Shown: piece by piece, positions 1 through 7,364 of the stretch
Layout: each line of letters begins with the position of its first letter
Position numbering within the stretch: position 1 is the first letter of the stretch
Assembly: GCF_009734345.1 (NCBI RefSeq)
Contig: NZ_CP032551.1
Location: 1,980,001-2,012,000, forward strand
From: Pseudidiomarina andamanensis
GTDB taxonomy: Bacteria; Pseudomonadota; Gammaproteobacteria; Enterobacterales; Alteromonadaceae
Direction: 5' to 3'
DNA length: 32,000 nucleotides
Program-made: the position numbers and the translations under genes
Notes under the pieces: generated by a model
What the model was told of the DNA's origin: nothing
What the model saw: the letters and a program-made list of their open reading frames with translations, nothing else
Database searches by the model: none

Positions 1-1516
1 CATTATTGCCGTTAATGTCGGTATATTGCTCACCACTTCGTGGTAAGAACGAACGGCTATAACTTGCGTACAGTGAGACATTTTCCATTGGTTTATAAAT
101 AACACCAGCACGTGGCGAAACTTCATTATCGGTGCGGCTACGGGTTTCTAAAACAGCTGGGTCTGCGTTAAATACTTCAATATCAAACTGATCAAAGCGT
201 GCGCCAAGTACCACATCGAAGTGGTCAGATAACGCAATTTCATCTTGGACGTAAACCGATAGCACGTCTAGCTTCACGCGCGTGTCATCGTTCAAGTCGC
301 TGAAACTTACCGTGAAGTTCTCGCCGTCAGCATTGACACCGGCGAGGCCGTTGATGCTAATTGGACGTTGAATATCAAAGAGTTCGCGGTCAGAGCCAGT
401 GGTGCTGAAAACCGGATTGTAACGGTTTTGATCGGAGTGCGTTGAAATCAACTCTGAACCAACAATGAGTGTATGACCAATGCTACCGGTTTCAAATTCG
501 CCAACAATATTGCCAGAAAGAATCAAGTTATCGCGAGATGTACTGTCGATGTAGCCGTCAAGCTCTACAATGTTGTTGGTTGCATCGTAGTCGCTGGCAT
601 AAAAATTTGAGTACACTTTTTCATAATCGCCGTAGAAAGCGCTGAAGTTGCCTTTCACAGCATCGCTAAATTTATGCTCGACAGCTGCTCGGAAGATGTG
701 AGCTTCAAGGTCGGTGTAGTTATGTTGCGGGTCACCGAACACAATCTCTTCAAATGCTTCAACAGGACGGCCATCGGCACCGGTAGGAACACCGCGGTCG
801 ATGAAACGCTCATGATTGGCATATTCATAGGAAACATTAAGCGTGGTGTCGTCGGATAATTCAAACTGTGCAGTTGGGTTGAATCCGTAGCGGTCGCCAT
901 CAAAAAAGTCGCGATGATTCTCAACGCGCTCGTACATGGCGTTAATTCTTAGCGCCGAGCTGTCGCTCATGGTGACGTTCGTGTCGATAGCAGCGTTTAA
1001 GCCACCGAATGAGTTTGCAGATGTTGTGTAATCGGTGAATTCACCGCCAATGTCGGCTTTCTTTGAAACCCGATTTAAAATACCGCCGGTACCACCACGA
1101 CCAAATAACAACGCGTTCGGGCCGCGCAAAATTTCCACTTGTTCAATGTTGTAAAGGGCACGGTAGTACTGCACATCATCACGGTTACCGTCTAGGTAAA
1201 AATCTGCTGTTGAGCGAACGCCACGGAAGACAACGGCGTCGCGATGACCTTCGCCTTGGGTGGTATTCACGCCCGGCGTGTAGTCAATAATTTCGCCGAT
1301 ACTGGTGATGCCGCGCTCGGAAATTTCCTCGGCAGTGATAATGGTGAGACTCTGTGGCACATCAATAATTGGTGTCGGCGTTTTCACCGAATTGGATTCA
1401 CTTACCGATAAATGTTGGCCCCGGACCTCGATTCGCTCAAGTTCGTCACTGTTCTGCGCAGTTGCCGTGTGGCTCATTAAAATGGCCGCGGCGATAGTCG
1501 TAAGTCGGAATTTCAC
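1..1516 (-). CDS. TonB-dependent (siderophore-type) outer-membrane receptor, N-terminal ~505 codons; the C-terminus lies beyond the left window edge
   Basis: Missing from the ORF track because there is no stop in the window. The reverse strand read from GTG at 1516 (GGAG about 9 nt upstream) gives VKFRLTTIAAAILMSHTATAQ, a signal peptide. It continues with ELERIEVRG, PGVNTTQGEGHRDAVVFRGVRSTADFYLDGNRDD and IEQVEILRGPNALLFGRGGTGGILN (plug domain), then barrel-like sequence. I checked codon by codon that the frame stays open to base 1. Confidence 0.85.
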   Translation of the reverse strand, partial: MKFRLTTIAAAILMSHTATAQNSDELERIEVRGQHLSVSESNSVKTPTPIIDVPQSLTIITAEEISERGITSIGEIIDYTPGVNTTQGEGHRDAVVFRGVRSTADFYLDGNRDDVQYYRALYNIEQVEILRGPNALLFGRGGTGGILNRVSKKADIGGEFTDYTTSANSFGGLNAAIDTNVTMSDSSALRINAMYERVENHRDFFDGDRYGFNPTAQFELSDDTTLNVSYEYANHERFIDRGVPTGADGRPVEAFEEIVFGDPQHNYTDLEAHIFRAAVEHKFSDAVKGNFSAFYGDYEKVYSNFYASDYDATNNIVELDGYIDSTSRDNLILSGNIVGEFETGSIGHTLIVGSELISTHSDQNRYNPVFSTTGSDRELFDIQRPISINGLAGVNADGENFTVSFSDLNDDTRVKLDVLSVYVQDEIALSDHFDVVLGARFDQFDIEVFNADPAVLETRSRTDNEVSPRAGVIYKPMENVSLYASYSRSFLPRSGEQYTDINGNN

Positions 1517-1607
1517 GTGTGGGATCTCCAGTTGATAGTCAGTAAATTTTCTTAAAATTTTTTCAGTAGCGCAGGCCGATAGGTCATGGCTTCTAGAACG
1601 GAAGCAT

Positions 1608-1626
1608 GTTAATGCGAATCATTCCT
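1608..1626. promoter_or_regulatory. Fur-box-like site upstream of the TonB-dependent receptor
   Basis: GTTAATGCGAATCATTCCT shares the AATG...AATCATT core with the GATAATGATAATCATTATC consensus, about 11-12 of 19 positions. It lies about 95 nt upstream of the receptor start. Confidence 0.3.
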
Positions 1627-1735
1627 AATTGCAATAACGGAAGTTTAAAATTGGCAGAATGCAGGTTTTTATATGATGTGGCTCCACCATAATGGCTTCT
1701 ATCTAGCCGGATGCCGTGCCTATGTGCGTTTGGCA

Positions 1736-1783
1736 TTGGATTTTTTACTTATAACTGCTCCGAATTTTCGGGGGGATTACAAA
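1736..1783 (+). repeat. Partial copy (3' 48 nt) of the ~165-bp repeat module (copy A)
   Basis: TTGGATTTTTTACTTATAACTGCTCCGAATTTTCGGGGGGATTACAAA is near-identical to 5980-6027. The core TGCTyCGAwTyTTmGGGGGATTACA is shared with 12541-12566. Confidence 0.85.
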
Positions 1784-1787
1784 TGGA

Positions 1788-1859
1788 ATGAATGAAGCTT
1801 ATAAAAGGCAGGTAAAGTTGCTACTCGATGTGTTGCCGGAAATCGCGAAAGAGGACTAA
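1788..1859 (+). pseudogene. N-terminal remnant (23 codons) of an AbiEii/AbiGii-type nucleotidyltransferase toxin gene
   Basis: The ORF reads MNEAYKRQVKLLLDVLPEIAKED then stop. This matches the usual start of one AbiEii subfamily (Y..QV.LLL.VLP.IA.E followed by FALKGGTA), but it stops before the GGTA motif. The family assignment is from memory. Confidence 0.45.
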
Positions 1860-1886
1860 TTGATCAGGTTTTATTCATAAAAATAC

Positions 1887-1962
1887 ATTTATGATGTCTA
1901 CTTCATTTTTGTGTATTTATGTACTACACTTCATCTGTGCTTATTTATGAACCTAACTACAT
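1887..1962 (+). promoter_or_regulatory. Three 20-nt direct repeats at exact 28-bp spacing upstream of hipB (putative operator or promoter iterons)
   Basis: ATTTATGATGTCTACTTCAT (1887), ATTTATGTACTACACTTCAT (1915) and ATTTATGAACCTAACTACAT (1943). The shared pattern is ATTTATG-N6-AC-TwCAT. The last repeat ends 16 nt before the hipB ATG. Confidence 0.35.
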
Positions 1963-1977
1963 CGATGAGGTTTACTC

Positions 1978-2220
1978 ATGATCATCCAGCGCCCAGCCGA
2001 CTTGGCGGTACTCATTAAATCGCAGAGAAAAGCGCAAGGCTACACACAAAAAGAGCTGGCTAAGTTAACTGGGCTTTCGCAAAGAAGCGTGTCGTCCATT
2101 GAACGTACCGGAGAAATGCACACATCGACTTTGCTGAGAATTTTTGCAGCGCTCAGAATTCAGCTAAACGCAGATGCGGTGAAACAAAATACCTCAAGTA
2201 ACAGCGAGGTTATTTGGTAA
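1978..2220 (+). CDS. hipB: HipB-like XRE-family HTH antitoxin
   Basis: 80 aa with the HTH GYTQKELAKLTGLSQRSVSSIERTG. GAGG lies 7 nt upstream of the ATG. Its stop overlaps the hipA start (TAATG). Confidence 0.8.
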   Translation: MIIQRPADLAVLIKSQRKAQGYTQKELAKLTGLSQRSVSSIERTGEMHTSTLLRIFAALRIQLNADAVKQNTSSNSEVIW

Positions 2221-3524
2221 TGGGCCGACGCAAACATGAGAACACACTCTATTGCCACATGAATGATCAGTTCGTTGGCACGCTGACATCGCGGCTGAAT
2301 AATTTGAGCTTTCGATATTCAGATAGTTGGCTACAATCCAAGTTTGCACGGGCAATCTCCATATCCATGCCATTAACTGAACAGGAATATTCCGGCGAAG
2401 CGCTAAACGCTTATTTTGATAACCTATTGCCGGACAGTCCGGATGTTCGTAAAACGATTGTGGATAGGCTTGGGGCTAAAAGTACAAAACCTTTTGATTT
2501 GCTCGAAACGGTCGGCAAAGACTGTATTGGTGCATTAACCTTCGTTGCCAGTTCGGAGCCCCAGCCGGTTCCAGACGTTGAAATAATCCCGTTGAATGAA
2601 GAACAAATCGGCCAACTCGTAGCAGATTCGCGAACCGGCAAAACTCTCGGTATGCACTATGAAGATGCATTTCGTTTTTCACTTGCCGGCGCTCAAGAAA
2701 AAACGGCGCTGACTTTTTGGCAAGGCCAATGGGGTATCCCTGTAGGCCGAACACCAACCACGCACATATTGAAACCGCGGATCATAACTCGCCCAGGTGA
2801 ACCTGATTTATCGAGCAGCGTTGAAAACGAATGGTTTTGTATGCGTGTTGTTCAGGCACTTGGATTGTCGGTAGCCCATACAAGAATTGACAGCTTCAAC
2901 GGTGAAGATGTTTTGATTATTGAGCGCTTTGACAGAAAAGACATTGGGAACAAGATTTATCGACTACCGCAAGAAGATTTCTGCCAAGCGCTTGGTGTGG
3001 CAGGTAGTTCAAAATATGAGGAGCATGGTGGGCCAAGCGCTAAAGAGATCATGAATATTTTATCCACATCTACGGCTTCGGTTCGTGATCAGGATACGTT
3101 TATGTCAGCGCAGCTACTGTATTGGCTTTTCGCCGCTATAGACGGGCATGCAAAGAACTTCAGTTTGGCACTGACTCCCCATGGATACCGACTGACGCCG
3201 TTATATGACGTGTTATCAGCACATGGATTTGCACAAGTAGGCAATTTACATCCTAAGAAAATAAAAATGGCGATGGCCGTGAATAGTAAGAATCGACATT
3301 ATCATTGGCATACAATTCTTCCTCGGCACTGGGGAGCTCACGCAAAGAGTGTTGGCTATGATCCAGATCGCATGGATTCGATAATTGTGAACATCACATC
3401 CAAGTTAGAAGCGTGTCTCGATATTGCATCAGAAGAAGCTGCCTCGATAAGTGTTCGCGCAGAGCAAAGCGCGGAAGCTATTCGCAAAGGTACATTGAAA
3501 GCGCTTGAACGTTTTAAGGTATGA
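2220..3524 (+). CDS. hipA: HipA-family serine/threonine kinase toxin (type II TA)
   Basis: Carries FSLAGAQEKT (P-loop-like, Ser at the autophosphorylation-type position) and the catalytic motif IDGHAKNFS. Length is about 434 aa. I prefer the ATG at 2220, overlapping the hipB TAA, over the track's TTG at 2214. Confidence 0.9.
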   Translation: MGRRKHENTLYCHMNDQFVGTLTSRLNNLSFRYSDSWLQSKFARAISISMPLTEQEYSGEALNAYFDNLLPDSPDVRKTIVDRLGAKSTKPFDLLETVGKDCIGALTFVASSEPQPVPDVEIIPLNEEQIGQLVADSRTGKTLGMHYEDAFRFSLAGAQEKTALTFWQGQWGIPVGRTPTTHILKPRIITRPGEPDLSSSVENEWFCMRVVQALGLSVAHTRIDSFNGEDVLIIERFDRKDIGNKIYRLPQEDFCQALGVAGSSKYEEHGGPSAKEIMNILSTSTASVRDQDTFMSAQLLYWLFAAIDGHAKNFSLALTPHGYRLTPLYDVLSAHGFAQVGNLHPKKIKMAMAVNSKNRHYHWHTILPRHWGAHAKSVGYDPDRMDSIIVNITSKLEACLDIASEEAASISVRAEQSAEAIRKGTLKALERFKV

Positions 3525-3661
3525 GCTTTCTAGTAAATCAGTCGCGATTCAGTATTTTGAGCTTGAGGTCACAAATTTAGACCAACTGAGATAACTTCAA
3601 GTGGTTTGGTCCCATAGAATATTTAGTTGGTAAGTACTATTCTTCTACGAACCATTAAAAA

Positions 3662-3770
3662 TGGCACACCCGACAGGAGTCGAACCTGTGACCTCTATCT
3701 CCGAAAGCAAATCACGGGTTCGGTAGTAAATCGATAAAGCTATATTGAGCAGGGGATTAAGCGGTGTTTT
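3662..3770 (+). repeat. Diverged copy of the tRNA-Arg 3' half (3662-3709) plus a conserved island-end flank (3710-3770)
   Basis: TGGCACACCCGACAGGAGTCGAACCTGTGACCTCTATCTCCGAAAGCA differs from 26922-26970 at six positions, including a 1-nt gap. The flank is about 80% identical (48/60 by hand) to 10249-10308. Confidence 0.85.
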
Positions 3771-3910
3771 GGTTCTCAAGCTAAACATCCGTATGGAACT
3801 TAAACGCTAATAAAGCATTCCGCACCATTAATGGTTACGGGGTAACGCGTTATAAACGTGAGCCATATTATTTCAGGAAAATAAAAAAGGAATTTAAGGA
3901 GCCCTTGGCA

Positions 3911-4600
3911 ATGCGTCATAAGTTAATTTTATTGGCAGGTTTGTCAGCATTGTACTTTATCGCTGGCTGTGCTGTACCAATAGTCTACTTAAACGATTAT
4001 GAGCTTGAAGAAAGCAACTTTGAAAAGGTAAAAAACGCATTAGAAGAGAAGGGCTTTAAGGTAAATCGAGTGTCGTTAAAACCGCCTAGTAACATCCATG
4101 AATCTACAATCATAACCGGTTCGAAAGCGACCGTTGAACAGAACTATAATCAGATTATGCCGATTCTTGCAAGCTTAGGGTATTCAAACACGGATATTAC
4201 ATTCGTTGAGTCGGGAAATCACTGGTACCGTGGTGATAACATAGGTGTATACCTTTTTGATGATGGGGTTGGTGAAAAGCCCGAGAGGGAAATTATTGGT
4301 GAATACTCAAGCGATAATTGTGAATCGATGAAATCACTAATATTAAAAGCGGATGGCAATTTTAATGTTGCTTATACTTTTGGTGGTGAACTGTCCGGCG
4401 AATGGCAGATCATCTCGATGCCCTATGTGAATCTTTGGAATAAACGTACGGGTTTAAATTTTTACTATCAGATAGAGATAGAAGAGCAATCAGATTTCTC
4501 AGGTAAAGTAGATGTCATTACTTTAGTACCTCTTGATGATCAATCTCAGATTCGAGATTGTATATTTTACAAAGGTATTAGAAAGGGTAAAGCAATATGA
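3911..4600 (+). CDS. Lipoprotein of unknown function
   Basis: Signal peptide with lipobox (LYFIAGC). AAGGAG lies 9 nt upstream of the ATG at 3911, while the track's TTG at 3905 is too close to the SD. I recognise no family. The stop codon directly abuts the next tRNA-like repeat. Confidence 0.75.
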   Translation: MRHKLILLAGLSALYFIAGCAVPIVYLNDYELEESNFEKVKNALEEKGFKVNRVSLKPPSNIHESTIITGSKATVEQNYNQIMPILASLGYSNTDITFVESGNHWYRGDNIGVYLFDDGVGEKPEREIIGEYSSDNCESMKSLILKADGNFNVAYTFGGELSGEWQIISMPYVNLWNKRTGLNFYYQIEIEEQSDFSGKVDVITLVPLDDQSQIRDCIFYKGIRKGKAI

Positions 4601-4740
4601 TTCTCTCCCACAGGAATCGAGCCCGTGACCTCTGCTATCGTGATAGAGCATTTGTCAGGCATGATTAAAATCTCAGTTTAGAGGTAGAAAAAATGCCATC
4701 TAAGAAATCGTTCAACTACCGCTGGGGATTAAGCTGATGT
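4601..4740 (+). repeat. Strongly diverged tRNA-3'-half-like repeat (4601-4650) plus a gapped copy of the island-end flank
   Basis: TCTCCCACAGGAATCGAGCCCGTGACCTCTGC aligns with CACCCGACAGGAGTCGAACCTGTGACCTCTGC. Downstream, AAATCGTT and GGGGATTAAGC match the flank motifs of the other two copies. The flank overlaps the fic stop codon. Confidence 0.6.
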
Positions 4741-5811
4741 CATGAGTTTCATCAGGCGAGGATTCACAAATAGCTTTTCTTTACCTGAAGTTGTCTCTTC
4801 TAATATGCCAATTTCAACGAGCTGTTTAAGGTAAACAGAAGCGGTTTGACGCTTGGCGATATCGCGTTCCACTAAATTACTAATTCGACAATAAGGCTGC
4901 TCAAAAATCACTTGAACAAGCTCATAGCTGTATATTTTCGGTAATTGCTCGCGAATCCTGTTTGTAGTCTGCTCCATTAACGCTCGAATAGCGGCGATCT
5001 TCTCACAAGTCCAAAGCGACGTTTGCTCAACACCACGCAACATGAATACCAGCCAGTCTTCCCAGTTTTGTTTCTGAGTTACTTGATTCAGTAATCGGTA
5101 GTAATCTTGCTTGTGCGCAACAATGTAACGGCTAAGGTACAATATCGGCAGTGTTAAAAGCTTTTGCTCAATCAAATAGAGGACATTTAGGATTCTGCCA
5201 GTACGCCCATTGCCATCATAGAAGGGATGAATTGCTTCAAATTGATAGTGGCTCACCGCCATTTTTATCAGCGGATCGATAGTATCGGTGCCATGCAGAA
5301 ACTGCTCCCAATTACTGAGTAAATCGCGAATGACCTGTTCGCCGACCGGTGGTGTATAAACCACTTCATTTGTTGTTTGATTACCAATAATGGTGCCAGG
5401 TAGCTTCCGTAATTCCATCGCCGTATTCTTCAATGTACTACACACTTCAATGGCTGTTGTCGTACATAGAGGTTTGCGCTCTAACTGCGTGAAGCCTTGA
5501 TAGAGTGCTGTGCGATAACGAAGTGCTTCTTTGGTTGCTTGATCAGCACCGCTGTCTTGTTGTGCATATCGAAATAGTTGATCTGTTGTGGTGACGATAT
5601 TTTCAATTCTAGAACTGTCTTTTGCCTCTAAAAGAGGAAGCAAATTGATGAGCATACTTTGATTAGGGAGTAACGCACCAGCTTGTTTCAACTCGGCAAG
5701 CGCAGCGCGAGCAGAGATGCATGCCTTCAATACGTCGCGCGTCTCGATTTGCTCTAATTTCGGCGGTAACATAGGCAAATCGTTATAGGGTTGGTCAGCT
5801 TGCCAAGTCAT
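4729..5811 (-). CDS. Fic-family protein (AMPylase-type) with an N-terminal inhibitory-helix motif and a C-terminal wHTH-like tail
   Basis: Fic motif HPFYDGNGRTGR. (S/T)xxxE(G/N) inhibitory motif SSRIEN. The N-terminus MTWQADQPYNDLPMLPP is typical of this family. I prefer the ATG at 5811 (AGGA 8 nt upstream) over the track's GTG at 5838. Confidence 0.9.
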   Translation of the reverse strand: MTWQADQPYNDLPMLPPKLEQIETRDVLKACISARAALAELKQAGALLPNQSMLINLLPLLEAKDSSRIENIVTTTDQLFRYAQQDSGADQATKEALRYRTALYQGFTQLERKPLCTTTAIEVCSTLKNTAMELRKLPGTIIGNQTTNEVVYTPPVGEQVIRDLLSNWEQFLHGTDTIDPLIKMAVSHYQFEAIHPFYDGNGRTGRILNVLYLIEQKLLTLPILYLSRYIVAHKQDYYRLLNQVTQKQNWEDWLVFMLRGVEQTSLWTCEKIAAIRALMEQTTNRIREQLPKIYSYELVQVIFEQPYCRISNLVERDIAKRQTASVYLKQLVEIGILEETTSGKEKLFVNPRLMKLMTSA

Positions 5812-5855
5812 GTTTAAATTCCTTTGGAAATTCGACACATTATGATGTTGTTTGT

Positions 5856-5884
5856 AGTGTAGGTCGATTCCATCGACACGACAA
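5856..5884 (-). promoter_or_regulatory. Candidate sigma70 promoter for fic, embedded in TCGAC-type repeats
   Basis: The minus strand reads TTGTCG-N17-TACACT, with the -35 at 5879-5884 and the -10 at 5856-5861. The spacer contains ATCGAC/GTCGAT motifs. Confidence 0.3.
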
Positions 5885-6027
5885 GGTTATTTGTCGATTA
5901 TTTATTGTTTTATCGACATGAAGGTTTGTTGGGTGATTTAAAGGATGTTTGGGTTGTATCCGACGTCACTGAGGTGGAGTTGGATTTTCTACTTATTACT
6001 GCTCCGATTTTTCGGGGGGATTACAAA
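5863..6027 (+). repeat. ~165-bp repeat module, copy B
   Basis: Aligns over its whole length with 12406-12566, roughly two-thirds identity by eye. It contains ATCGACA, TGTCGAT and ATCGACA (7-bp inverted repeats) and ends in TGCTCCGATTTTTCGGGGGGATTACAAA. Confidence 0.85.
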
Positions 6028-6129
6028 ATAGCCAATAAAATTGATCCACCCAGGAAAACAAATTAGCGTTAATGTGTGCTATTCGTGACGCTGACAGTGG
6101 TTCTTAGTAAATTATTATCGCTGTTAAAT

Positions 6130-6264
6130 ATGACGGAAGCAGAAGTATCTCGAATTAAAGGTATTGGCGTGCAAACTTTATATAATTGGCTAGATAAAAC
6201 CAAATTACAGGGGAAAGGTCAGCCATCGCTTATCAGTGGCAATTGCTTGAACGTCAGTCAATGA
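6130..6264 (+). CDS. Short HTH-like ORF, possibly a remnant of an excisionase/AlpA-type or transposase OrfA-type N-terminus
   Basis: MTEAEVSRIKGIGVQTLYNWLDKTKLQGKG resembles the '...STLYNWLKK...' HTH of small DNA-binding proteins from mobile elements. The ORF is short and I see no clear SD. Confidence 0.25.
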   Translation: MTEAEVSRIKGIGVQTLYNWLDKTKLQGKGQPSLISGNCLNVSQ

Positions 6265-6425
6265 TGCTATTTCGGTGGTTCATGAGCGAGACGGAGATAC
6301 CTACACCACCGAATACCAATGCAATACAAATCAAGCATCTAGTACCTATTTTTGAATGACCCTGAATCACAGCGCAAATTGAAATACTCTCTTACCTTGG
6401 CCCTGCGGCACTTCTAAATGTGCAT

Positions 6426-7343
6426 TTAAAGGCGGTCGAGCAATTCATACAGTGCTTTGTCGTTCTCCTGACCAAGCTGCTGTGCAAGTTGGCGATGTGT
6501 TTCAACACCCGCTTCATTGTTGTCCAATTTCATGAGCTGAGCCATGCGAGCATGTGCCCAAGCAAGCTCTGGAAGTTCTAAGTCGTTGTCGAATGCAAGA
6601 ATGTATGCTTCCATACTTTGAATTCCATCTTGCACATCAATGCCGCTAAACACTGCATTTCTAGCCACTTGATAGCGAGCGTTTAGTTGTGCTGCACGAA
6701 TTTCTGGATGCTCCGAGAGCGCGCTGTCTGCCTGTAACATAGCGGCTTGTTTGAATAAGGTGTGAGCGCCTGCATAATCTCCCTCTGCTTGCTTTTGTAG
6801 CCCCAAACGAAGTTTGAGTCGGGGTTCATTCGGGTGTTTTGTCATGGCCTGGGTTAATGCAGCGGTATAATTGTTAGCGTCGAAAACGTTCACTACACGT
6901 AATTGCGCAAGTGTACCTTGAAGGTTGTCGATCGTTGCTATATCAGCGGCCTTGGCCCGAGCCTTGGTCTCGCCGCCGCCTACAATAGAAGGTGCATTCA
7001 AGTAGTAGTTCAGCGCGGCTAGTTGGTACTTCATATTAGTTGGCTCGAGGGCCACGGCTTTTTCAGTACACTTACGGCTTCTTGATGCATTGCGCATAGC
7101 GCTCAACATGCCTTCTCCCGCACGTAGGCCATAAATTACACCACAGTAATAATTCACCTGAGGGTTCTCAGGGTACTGCTCAAGAAGCCTTTCCATTAGG
7201 CGCTGCGCAGGGCCAAGTTCATTTGGCAAATGTGCTTCTATTTGCTGCAGCTGAGGCTCAAGAGCTTGGGAATTATGTTGGGCCCAAGTGTTTACAGTGG
7301 CAAATGAGCATGCAGCGACTGTGAGAATAAGTATGTGTTTCAT
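6426..7343 (-). CDS. Secreted TPR/Sel1-like repeat protein
   Basis: N-terminal signal peptide (MKHILILTVAACSFATVNTWAQ) followed by helical-repeat-like sequence. I recognise no catalytic motif. Confidence 0.6.
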   Translation of the reverse strand: MKHILILTVAACSFATVNTWAQHNSQALEPQLQQIEAHLPNELGPAQRLMERLLEQYPENPQVNYYCGVIYGLRAGEGMLSAMRNASRSRKCTEKAVALEPTNMKYQLAALNYYLNAPSIVGGGETKARAKAADIATIDNLQGTLAQLRVVNVFDANNYTAALTQAMTKHPNEPRLKLRLGLQKQAEGDYAGAHTLFKQAAMLQADSALSEHPEIRAAQLNARYQVARNAVFSGIDVQDGIQSMEAYILAFDNDLELPELAWAHARMAQLMKLDNNEAGVETHRQLAQQLGQENDKALYELLDRL

Positions 7344-7364
7344 AATCGGTCCTTATTTATGGCC

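Larger units (their letters stand above)
3662..4600. mobile_element. Mini-segment of the tRNA-Arg-linked island array carrying one lipoprotein gene
   Basis: Bounded by tRNA-derived repeats at 3662-3709 and 4601-4650. The cargo is visibly AT-rich. Confidence 0.4.

Noticed and set aside
655-1535. Track ORFs 655-924(-), 674-859(+), 1063-1290(+) and 1305-1535(+)
   Set aside because: All lie inside, or in alternative frames of, the long minus-strand TonB-dependent receptor frame. They have no motifs or translation signals of their own.
1569-1606. Possible fourth, very degenerate tRNA-Arg 3'-half copy (GCGCAGGCCGATAGGTCATGG...) that would mark the left end of the island array
   Set aside because: Only short patches match (GCGCA, CCGAyAGG). 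The match is indistinguishable from chance by eye. It also sits between the receptor start and its likely Fur box, which argues that this is native promoter DNA.
5863-6027. Repeat module as integron attC sites, making the region a cassette array
   Set aside because: There is no intI gene or attI. The genes are in mixed orientations. The repeats lack the R''-L''/L'-R' paired-core architecture and the long imperfect palindrome of attC sites.
6269-6314. 9-bp stem (TTCGGTGGT / ACCACCGAA) with a 25-nt loop downstream of the short HTH ORF
   Set aside because: There is no following T-run and the loop is large. It has no second copy. This is insufficient to call a terminator or structured RNA.
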